From Candidatus Eiseniibacteriota bacterium (GTDB lineage: Bacteria; Joyebacterota; Joyebacteria; Joyebacterales; Joyebacteraceae), in NCBI GenBank assembly GCA_030613615.1, contig JAUWLR010000001.1, positions 1-58,296 on the forward strand: a stretch of 58,296 nt of DNA, given 5' to 3'. Shown piece after piece: positions 46,395 to 53,918 of the stretch. The position numbers and the translations under genes were made by a program. Within the stretch, counting starts at the first letter, position 1. Every line of letters begins with the position of its first letter. Under the pieces are notes generated by a model, which made no database searches, was not told the origin of the DNA, and saw only the letters and a program-made list of their open reading frames with translations.

Positions 46395-48476
46395 ATGAAG
46401 CACAGAGGCATCGCACGTGTGGCACTCTTGGTAGCCGTTGCTCTTCTCGCAGCCGCGCCCGCGCGGGCCGGTGTGTCCAGGGTGGACGGTGGCATAGAGT
46501 TCACCTTCGACCACCCGAGCGCGGGCAGCGTGAGCCTGGCCGGCGACTTCAACGGCTGGGACATGAACGCCGAACCGCTCACTCAGGATGAAGACGGGGT
46601 CTGGAGGGTGGTTGTTGACCTGGGGCCGGGCGAGTACGCGTACAAGTTCGTCGTCAACGGCTCCGAGTGGATAGCCGACCCCGAGAATCCGAGGGTGGTC
46701 GGCGACTTCGGGAACTCAGGGATCACGATCAACGACGACGGCGATCCGGTGTCAGGAGAGGACGCGGACCCCATCTCGAATACGTCCGTGAACTCCAGGG
46801 TGCAGCTGAACGGCTGGTATCGGGCGACGTTCGACTGGCAGGCGGACATGCCGAGCGATTCCCGGTGGCGGCTCACCAGGCCGGCGCACGAGTTCTACAT
46901 CGCCGTCAATCCGACCGTGACGTCCGTTGCTTCCGGAAACGCCACGGTGCGCCTTTCGACGGGCGCCGGCGATATCAAGGAGATATCGGCCGACATCTAC
47001 AGCGGCCACCTCACGCTGGAGGGCGGCCCGTTTTCCGTGACGGGGTTCTACAACGAGGAACGGCTGCAGTACGATAACCCCCTCGAAACCGTGGGGCACA
47101 TCGACCTCGACAACACTATCCCCGAGGAGCACATCCCGTTCGGCAGGGGTGCGCAGGGCATCATGGTCGACACGGAGTTCTGGGACTTCACGCTGAACGC
47201 CGCATACGCAAACATCTACGACTACTACATTATGAACGACCCGAGCGTATACGACAACACGGAGACCGATCTCCTGGCCGCGCGTCTCAAACGGCCCGTC
47301 GGTCCAGTGACGCTCGGAGCGACGTACACGAGCTGGAGAGACAGCTGGTGGATAGGCTTCGAGGGCACGAACACGAGCCCCCACATCGACCAGTACCTCG
47401 CTGACAATCCCGAGTCTCAGAGCAGCTGGTTCGAGCTCTCCAACACCGAGACCTGGATCGGCTTCGACGCCGACATGCCCGTCGTGAGTGACCTGCTCTA
47501 CGCAAAGGCCGAGTACTCACTCTACAGCTACGACAGCCTCTTCGACGTGGGCAACAAGGAGAGGATCGAGGGCGAGGACTACTCAAACGGCGCGATCAAT
47601 GTCCCCGTCGGCAGCATGGATGGCTGGGTCGCGACGGGCGTCCTGGAAAGCTCACCGCTCCCGTACCTGGACCTGAGATTCCAGGTCACGAAGACCGCGA
47701 TCGACTCCATGAGCTCGGGTGAGCAGTACGTGGCCTACGGCTTCCCTTCCTGGCTGGCCATATGGGAAGGCGTGTTCACCGAGGTCAAGGGCACCGGTTC
47801 GCCGCTCTCGGTGAACGTCTTCGGTCAGGCGCCGGAGCGGGACGAACTCGAACTCAAGTTCGACGCCGACTTCGGGTTCGGCATCTTCGACGTGGGATTC
47901 GAGTACGACCGCGCCGACTTCGAGTGGCGCTACCACGAGGAGATCGAAGGCCACTTCGGTTCATTCGACACCTGGAAGGAACGCATCTCGAGGCTTTCGG
48001 TGACCGGCGGAGCAGACGTAGCCGAGAGAATTCGCGTCGGTTTCGCCACCGAGCGGATCTCGGGCTACTACGACGTCGACTACCTCGAGGATCCGAGCAG
48101 ATTTGAAGCCATAGTGACCGCGGACGTCGGGCTCTGGCAGGACTGGAGCGTGCTGCTCGACGTCAGGAGCGCCTCGTATAAGAACATCCCACGCTTCGCA
48201 CAGTCGACTCCCGACTCGCTCCACTACGAGGACGAGGCTTTCCTGGCTCCGTACGTCGCCCTGGTCTACAGCCCGCGGGAGAACATCGAGGTCAGAGTGG
48301 GCTACGGTGTCAGCCCGACCAACTACGTGGACACGCCGGTCGAGGGCAGAGGGGACGGTCGCGGGCGGTGGGTCTCCGAGTACCTGTGGAACCGCAGCGA
48401 CCACGACGGCCTGGATGCCGAGAAGGCGCTGGCGGACGCTAAGACGATCGGTGTCATGGCGGTCATAACGTTCTAG
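46395..48476 (+). CDS. CBM48 (AMPK-beta/glycogen-binding) module fused to a predicted outer-membrane beta-barrel
   Basis: Signal peptide 'VALLVAVALLAAAPARA'. CBM48 'IEFTFDHPSAGSVSLAGDFNGWDMNAEPLTQDEDGVWRVVVDLGPGEYAYKFVVNGSEWIADPENP'. About 560 aa of beta-strand-rich sequence ending 'IGVMAVITF'. Confidence 0.7.
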   Translation: MKHRGIARVALLVAVALLAAAPARAGVSRVDGGIEFTFDHPSAGSVSLAGDFNGWDMNAEPLTQDEDGVWRVVVDLGPGEYAYKFVVNGSEWIADPENPRVVGDFGNSGITINDDGDPVSGEDADPISNTSVNSRVQLNGWYRATFDWQADMPSDSRWRLTRPAHEFYIAVNPTVTSVASGNATVRLSTGAGDIKEISADIYSGHLTLEGGPFSVTGFYNEERLQYDNPLETVGHIDLDNTIPEEHIPFGRGAQGIMVDTEFWDFTLNAAYANIYDYYIMNDPSVYDNTETDLLAARLKRPVGPVTLGATYTSWRDSWWIGFEGTNTSPHIDQYLADNPESQSSWFELSNTETWIGFDADMPVVSDLLYAKAEYSLYSYDSLFDVGNKERIEGEDYSNGAINVPVGSMDGWVATGVLESSPLPYLDLRFQVTKTAIDSMSSGEQYVAYGFPSWLAIWEGVFTEVKGTGSPLSVNVFGQAPERDELELKFDADFGFGIFDVGFEYDRADFEWRYHEEIEGHFGSFDTWKERISRLSVTGGADVAERIRVGFATERISGYYDVDYLEDPSRFEAIVTADVGLWQDWSVLLDVRSASYKNIPRFAQSTPDSLHYEDEAFLAPYVALVYSPRENIEVRVGYGVSPTNYVDTPVEGRGDGRGRWVSEYLWNRSDHDGLDAEKALADAKTIGVMAVITF

Positions 48477-48478
48477 CG

Positions 48479-49294
48479 ATGGAGGTTCGGAGGATCGTGA
48501 GAGAAACCACCAACAGACGGAGCCGCCGCGGGACGCTTCTGGTCGTGACGCTGGCGGTAGCACTGACGCTCAGCTCGTGCGCGGGCACACTGGACTGGAT
48601 ACAGGACCGGCTGCCACCACCGTCGGAAGTGGAAGGCGGGATCATGTTCCGCTACCACGCGCCGTCGGCGCGCCTGGTGACGTTGGCGGGCAACTTCAAC
48701 AACTGGGGCGGCACGCAGGGCGGCGGACGATACGACCCGAGCATCAATCCGATGAGCGACACCAACGGCGACGGCACGTGGACCCTCGTTGTTCCCCTTC
48801 CACCCGGTCGCTATCAGTACAAGTTCGTGATCGACGGTGGCGTGGGGTGGGAGCAGGACCCCAACAACCCCGACAAGGCGATGGAAGGCGGGATCGAGAA
48901 CTCGCTCGTCGTGGTTCCCCCGACGGTCTCGTACGATTTCGAGCACATCACGGGCACGGTCATTGGTGAGAGCATCAGAGAGGGACTGCTGAAGCGCCCG
49001 GGCGACGCGCCCACTGCAGCCGAGCCGACCGTGACCGCGGAAGGCGTGGAGTTCGAGGTCGATTTCCCGGATGCCGGCGCGGTCTATCTCGCGGGAACGT
49101 TCAACGACTGGGATCCGGACGCACACCCGCTAACGAAGGGTGACGATAGCCTGTGGCGGGTGACCATTGAGCTCGACCCGGGAGAGTATTTCTACAAGTT
49201 CGTCGTCGACGGCACATGGATGGAAGATCCGGGCAACCCGGAGAGCGTCGACGACGGCTACGGCGGCGTCAATTCAATCCTGACCGTTGAGTGA
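48479..49294 (+). CDS. Lipoprotein with two CBM48 glycogen-binding modules
   Basis: Lipobox 'LTLSSCAG'. 'MFRYHAPSARLVTLAGNFNNWGG...WTLVVPLPPGRYQYKFVIDG...WEQDPNNP' and 'VEFEVDFPDAGAVYLAGTFNDWDPDAHPL...WRVTIELDPGEYFYKFVVDGTWMEDPGNP'. Confidence 0.8.
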   Translation: MEVRRIVRETTNRRSRRGTLLVVTLAVALTLSSCAGTLDWIQDRLPPPSEVEGGIMFRYHAPSARLVTLAGNFNNWGGTQGGGRYDPSINPMSDTNGDGTWTLVVPLPPGRYQYKFVIDGGVGWEQDPNNPDKAMEGGIENSLVVVPPTVSYDFEHITGTVIGESIREGLLKRPGDAPTAAEPTVTAEGVEFEVDFPDAGAVYLAGTFNDWDPDAHPLTKGDDSLWRVTIELDPGEYFYKFVVDGTWMEDPGNPESVDDGYGGVNSILTVE

Positions 49295-49369
49295 GATCTT
49301 TGGTCGGATCAGCCCTGACCGTTGAGTGAGATCTTTGGTCGGATCAGTCCTGACCGTTGAGTGAGATCC
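49279..49369. repeat. 35-bp tandem repeat, about 2.6 copies, starting inside the last codons of the CBM48 lipoprotein gene
   Basis: The unit cctgaccgttgagtgagatctttggtcggatcagN occurs at 49279, 49314 and 49349. Each copy re-creates the '..LTVE-stop' end of the CDS. Confidence 0.85.
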
Positions 49370-49431
49370 ATCGGTTGGAAGCGGCCCCCTGATCTCTCGC
49401 GGGGGTCGGTGACAGGAGGCCGTGACCGCCG

Positions 49432-50430
49432 ATGCCACGCCACGATGGTCGGACGCGCAGGCACGAACGTCCTGGATCGGACGGGCCCGGTGTGAACCCG
49501 GGACCCAGGCCGCGTCTCTCCAGGCGAACGGGCGACTCGGCCACCTCCTACGCGTTTCTCGCGCCGTTCCTCATCACCTTCGCCGTCTTTCTGGCTTTCC
49601 CGGTCTTCTACTCGCTCTATCTGGCGCTGCACCAGGTGCCCGCTGACTCCTTCGACATATTCGGGGGGCTCGAGTTCGTCGCCTTCAGGAACTTCGCGAA
49701 GCTCTTCGCCGACACCAAGTTCTGGTGGTCGGTGCTCATGACTCTCTACTATGCGGCACTCATCATCCCAGCAGGGATAGTGGCGTCGCTCGTGCTCGCG
49801 CTCCTTCTCAACAACAGGCTCAGGTTGGTCGCGGCCTACCGGAGCGCGTTCTTCATGCCCTACGTGCTGGACATGCTGGTCGTGGGCATCGTCTGGACGC
49901 TGATATACAGCCCGCACGTGGGGATTCTCACGCGCATCTTCGAAGCAATAGGCATCACGACGTTCTCGGAGCGCGGGTTTCTGGGGATGCCCGCCTCCGC
50001 GATGCCGTCGGTCGTGTTCGCGAACGTGCTCAAGGGCGCGGGGTTCGGAATGATCCTGTACCTCTCGGCGATCCAGAACATCCCGCAGTCGCTGTACGAG
50101 GCCGCCGAGATCGACGGGGCCACGCCGTGGAAGCGCTTCACCTCGATAACGCTCCCGCTGGTGAAGCCCATCACACTCTTCATGGTCATCATAGGGACCA
50201 TCGGCGCCCTGAACGCGTTCGCCGAGGTCTACGCAATGACGGGCGGCGGGCCGAACATCGACGTCGGCGGCCGCGCGCTCGGGGCGACGTGGGTGACGGG
50301 GTACTACGTTTTCGACACGTTCTACACGCAGTTCAAGCTCGGATACGCCGCTGCGATGTCGTACGTGCTTCTGGCGCTCACGCTCATCATTTCGCTCGTC
50401 AACAGGCGCTTCCTCAGGGCGGAGGTGTAG
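49432..50430 (+). CDS. ABC carbohydrate transporter permease (CUT1, MalF/UgpA-like)
   Basis: Six hydrophobic segments. EAA loop 'EAAEIDGATPWKRFTSITLPLVKP'. GTG 49492 is an alternative start. Confidence 0.85.
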   Translation: MPRHDGRTRRHERPGSDGPGVNPGPRPRLSRRTGDSATSYAFLAPFLITFAVFLAFPVFYSLYLALHQVPADSFDIFGGLEFVAFRNFAKLFADTKFWWSVLMTLYYAALIIPAGIVASLVLALLLNNRLRLVAAYRSAFFMPYVLDMLVVGIVWTLIYSPHVGILTRIFEAIGITTFSERGFLGMPASAMPSVVFANVLKGAGFGMILYLSAIQNIPQSLYEAAEIDGATPWKRFTSITLPLVKPITLFMVIIGTIGALNAFAEVYAMTGGGPNIDVGGRALGATWVTGYYVFDTFYTQFKLGYAAAMSYVLLALTLIISLVNRRFLRAEV

Positions 50431-50432
50431 AG

Positions 50433-51260
50433 GTGGCACGCACGCGCGCGGCGGTTCTCAGGAGGACGCTTCTCTACACCGGCCTGACGGTCGCGGCGAT
50501 CGTAGTGCTGTTCCCGTTCTTCTGGATGGTCGTGACGGCGTTCAAGGAACCGGGTCAGGCCTTCAGCCAGGAGATTCTTCCCTCCAGTCCGACGCTCGAG
50601 AACTTCAGGCGCGTCCTCACCGACTACGGGTTCGCGCGCTACTTCGTGAACAGCGTCGTCGTGGCGACCTCGGCCGCGCTTTTCGCGACGTTCTTTGCCA
50701 CGATGGCGGGCTACGTCTTCGCGAAGAAGGAGTTCATCGGGCGTGACAAGGTGTTCGGGTTTCTGCTCGCGTCGCTCATGATCCCCGGGATGATGTACGT
50801 GGTGCCGCAGTTCGCGATTATCAACTGGCTCGGGTGGATGAACAGCTACAAGGCGATGATCATCCCGCACCTCGCGAACGTCTTCGGCCTCTTCCTGATG
50901 AGACAGTACATGATGACCATCCCCTCGGAGCTTCTGGAGGCGGCCAAGATCGACGGTGCGGGGGAGTGGCAGGTCTTCAGGACCATCATGGTGCCGCTGT
51001 CCATCCCGATCATCGCGACGCTCTTCCTGCTGACGTTCCAGTTCCACTGGAACAACTTCCTCTGGCAGCTCATAGTGACGAACGTCGAGCGCCTCTACAC
51101 CGTTCCGGTGGGGCTCGCGATGTTCAAGAGCGCGCACGAGGAGTTGTACACATTGAAGATGGCAGGTTCGTGTATCTCTGTGCTGCCGATCGCCGCTCTC
51201 TTCTTCTTTGCTCAGAGGTACTTCATTGAGGGGATGACGATGGGGGCGCTCAAGGGTTAG
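50433..51260 (+). CDS. ABC carbohydrate transporter permease (CUT1, MalG/UgpE-like)
   Basis: GTG start 2 nt after the upstream stop. 'LFPFFWMVVTAFK' and EAA loop 'EAAKIDGAGEWQVFRTIMVPLSIP'. Confidence 0.85.
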   Translation: MARTRAAVLRRTLLYTGLTVAAIVVLFPFFWMVVTAFKEPGQAFSQEILPSSPTLENFRRVLTDYGFARYFVNSVVVATSAALFATFFATMAGYVFAKKEFIGRDKVFGFLLASLMIPGMMYVVPQFAIINWLGWMNSYKAMIIPHLANVFGLFLMRQYMMTIPSELLEAAKIDGAGEWQVFRTIMVPLSIPIIATLFLLTFQFHWNNFLWQLIVTNVERLYTVPVGLAMFKSAHEELYTLKMAGSCISVLPIAALFFFAQRYFIEGMTMGALKG

Positions 51261-51311
51261 GCAGCGGAGCGCGGCCGGACGAGCGGGAGCTCGAAGCGAA
51301 AGGGAACAGAC

Positions 51312-52550
51312 ATGAGAAGAACGCTGTCTATAGGAGGGGCGCTTCTGGTAGCGTGCGCGTTTGCGCTCTTGGCCGGCTGCGGAGGAGGGCAGGACGCCGC
51401 CGCGACACTTACGATCTGGCAGACTTACAATGACGAAGAGTATCCGGTCTTCAAGGAGATCGTCGAGAGCTTCAGAGCGGCGCATCCGGACATCACGATC
51501 GACGTGGTCAGGCTCCCCTTCGCCGGCGCCGAGCCCAAGATCCAGACGGCTCTCACAACGCGCACCGAGCCCGACATCGCAAGGGTGGACGTCTCGTTCC
51601 TGGCGAAGCTCGCGGGCAAGAACGCGCTTCTCGACCTCGGTCCGTACATCCCTTCTGAGTTCCGCGACGAGATCCTCCCCGTGGCGCTCTCGAGCTGCTA
51701 CTACGACGACACGCTGTGGGGGCTGCCGGACCAGACCAACGGTCTCTGCCTCTTCTATAATAGAGAGCACTTCCGCAGTGCCGGGTTGGACCCCGAGCGT
51801 CCCCCGGTGACGTGGGACGAGCTGATATCGTACGGGAGGAAGCTGACGAACAGGGACGAGGGTGTCTTCGGCATCGGCCTCTCCAACTCGCTCTGGTGGA
51901 CGCTCCCGTTCTTCTACACGCACGGCGCCGATTTTCTCTCCGAGGATGGCACGCGCTGCGTGCTGAACAGTCCCGAGGGTATCGCCGCATTCCAGCTCAA
52001 GGTGGACCTGTACCAGAAACACGGCATCGAGGGTGGCGCGTGGCGCGCGGGCGGCATCATCCATGACCTGGGTTTCCAGAACGGACGATACTCGATGATC
52101 CTGAACGGGCCCTGGGCCGTAGAGAGCCTCAAGCGCACGGGCATCGATTTCGGGGTCGGTCTGATTCCCGCGGGACCGGTCGGTACGGCGACCAACGTTG
52201 GCGGGAACAATCTGGTCGTGTTCAGAAGCACGAAGCGGCCCGAGCTCGCCTCCGAGTTTCTGCGGTTCGTGGCCAGCGAGGAGACGCAGCGCATGTGGGC
52301 GTCGAGGCTCGGCCAGATCCCGGTGAACGTCAAGGCCTCGGACGCCATCACGTCCGAGGAGCATCCGTACCTCGCCGTCTTCGTCGAGCAGATGGAGACA
52401 GCGATCCCGCGCCCGCAGGTGATGGGCTACCCCGAGATCGAGAACCTGATGAATCCGGAGATGCAGGCCGCTCTGGACGGCACAAAGTCAGTTGAGGCGG
52501 CGCTCAACTCCGCCGTCGCGGAGATAGACAAACTGCTCGCGAGCGATTAG
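51312..52550 (+). CDS. ABC transporter extracellular solute-binding lipoprotein (family 1, sugar)
   Basis: Lipobox 'ALLAGCGGG'. 'LTIWQTYNDEE','GLPDQTNGLCLFYN','NGPWA' are typical of MalE-like sugar-binding proteins. Confidence 0.85.
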   Translation: MRRTLSIGGALLVACAFALLAGCGGGQDAAATLTIWQTYNDEEYPVFKEIVESFRAAHPDITIDVVRLPFAGAEPKIQTALTTRTEPDIARVDVSFLAKLAGKNALLDLGPYIPSEFRDEILPVALSSCYYDDTLWGLPDQTNGLCLFYNREHFRSAGLDPERPPVTWDELISYGRKLTNRDEGVFGIGLSNSLWWTLPFFYTHGADFLSEDGTRCVLNSPEGIAAFQLKVDLYQKHGIEGGAWRAGGIIHDLGFQNGRYSMILNGPWAVESLKRTGIDFGVGLIPAGPVGTATNVGGNNLVVFRSTKRPELASEFLRFVASEETQRMWASRLGQIPVNVKASDAITSEEHPYLAVFVEQMETAIPRPQVMGYPEIENLMNPEMQAALDGTKSVEAALNSAVAEIDKLLASD

Positions 52551-52602
52551 ATTGTGAGCGGTGAAACCATCCGGCATCAGGCAGAGCGCGGCCCGGGCCG
52601 GA

Positions 52603-52659
52603 CAGACGCACACGGGTGGACAGGCGCACACGGGTGGACAGACGCACACGGGTGGACAG
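52603..52659. repeat. 18-bp tandem repeat, about 3.2 copies (cagRcgcacacgggtgga)
   Basis: Copies at 52603, 52621 and 52639, with one A/G difference. They lie in the spacer between the binding-protein gene and the next gene. The track ORF start at 52616 ('MDRRTRVDRRTRVDR') is just this repeat translated. Confidence 0.85.
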
Positions 52660-52714
52660 AACTGAGACGAAACTTAGGGAACGCTCAGGCGTTGCTGCAT
52701 CCAAGGGGGCAGAT

Positions 52715-53491
52715 GTGAAGCTGTTGCGCGGGGCTGTTGTGCTCCTTGCGTTTCTTGCCGTCGCGATTCCGGCGGTGGCCGAGGAACTGGCGAGATGGGA
52801 CGACCCGGTCGGAGACGACACCGGTGACGGGGACTACACGTATCCTCTGAACGAGGCGTTTGGAGAGGGTGGACAGGCGGACCTTCTGTCGTTCGCGATC
52901 GAGAAGGAGAACGGTTCGCTGATCTTCGAGCTCACGATACGCAACCTCGTCGACCCGTGGAACGTCGGCAACCGGCTGACCATGGTCGCGGTCGCCATCG
53001 ACACGGAGGAGGGCGGCGACGAAGAGCTTCGGCGCAACGCGAACGCGCGTCTGGCCGAGCCGTCCGAATATCAGATCTTCGTGGCCGGAGAGACCGTGGA
53101 GGTCATAGACATGTACGCCGAGCGTGTTGACATCGGCGCGAGTGTCGAGACGGACATGGAGAAGGGCACCATCAGAATAAGTGTTCCGATCGACGCCCTC
53201 GACGGCGCGGCGGCCGACTGGCGATTCACGGTGGCGGTCGGGCTTCAGGACGACTACGGCGCCGGGGGGTTAGGTGACTTCCGCGAAGTCAAGAAGGTCG
53301 AGGAGGAGTGGCGGGGCGGCGGCGGTGACGACCTGTCGCTCGATACGAATGTGTACGACATCATTGTGCCCGAGCCGAAGAAGATCCTCTTCATCTTCGG
53401 CGGGGGGCAGAGGTCGCAGGAAGAGATTCTGGGCGACTGCAGCCTGGAGACCGGTGAGCTGGTAGTACTCCCGGCTCTGGCACTGGAATAG
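52715..53491 (+). CDS. Secreted protein consisting of a glucodextranase C-terminal-like (Glucodextran_C) module
   Basis: GTG after AAGGGGG. Signal peptide 'AVVLLAFLAVAIPAVA'. 'WDDPVGDDTGDGDYTYPLNEAFGEGGQADLLSFAIEKENGSLIFELTIRNLVDPWN' parallels the module in the giant protein. Confidence 0.65.
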   Translation: MKLLRGAVVLLAFLAVAIPAVAEELARWDDPVGDDTGDGDYTYPLNEAFGEGGQADLLSFAIEKENGSLIFELTIRNLVDPWNVGNRLTMVAVAIDTEEGGDEELRRNANARLAEPSEYQIFVAGETVEVIDMYAERVDIGASVETDMEKGTIRISVPIDALDGAAADWRFTVAVGLQDDYGAGGLGDFREVKKVEEEWRGGGGDDLSLDTNVYDIIVPEPKKILFIFGGGQRSQEEILGDCSLETGELVVLPALALE

Positions 53492-53524
53492 AGCGGACAG
53501 AAGACTCGCAGGGCTTCTCATCGG

Positions 53525-53551
53525 TCGCCCGGCGGCTGCATGGCCGGGCGA
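53525..53551 (+). terminator. Hairpin downstream of 52715-53491
   Basis: tcgcccggc / gccgggcga forms a 9-bp stem with a 9-nt loop. No U-tract. Confidence 0.35.
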
Positions 53552-53918
53552 GCGGTGCATCTGGGGGAGCACCGGTGGCCCGCGGCGTGGCGAGCATCGT
53601 CAACGTGCTTGACGCCCTAGAGCGGCTAACGAGCCGAAAGGCTCGCCTCACGGGCGACGGTGGGCATGGCAGCGAAGTTGCAGTTGCACAGGAGACGCCG
53701 CGATCAGAGACCCGAAAGAGACATCAGGCTCGCAGAGGCTGCCGCTGAAGGGATACCGCCGGGGACTGCAGATAGTCGTCGGCGCCCGCGAGACTCGCGA
53801 GTACATCCTCACCAACAAAGAGAAGGCGTACTTCGCCGGTGAGACGGGCACGACGAACACGAGGAGCTACGAGGGCCTCATCGTCGAGCTTCACAAGTAC
53901 CTGGAGGGTTGGGACCTC

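Noticed and set aside
49279-52660. Whether the 35-bp and 18-bp tandem repeats could be CRISPR arrays
   Set aside because: The units are directly abutting with no unique spacers. Each has only ~3 copies, and there are no cas genes in the window.
52616-52714. Track start at 52616 for the glucodextranase-C-like protein ('MDRRTRVDRRTRVDR...')
   Set aside because: That N-terminus is the translated 18-bp DNA repeat. A GTG at 52715 with an AAGGGGG RBS gives a normal signal peptide.
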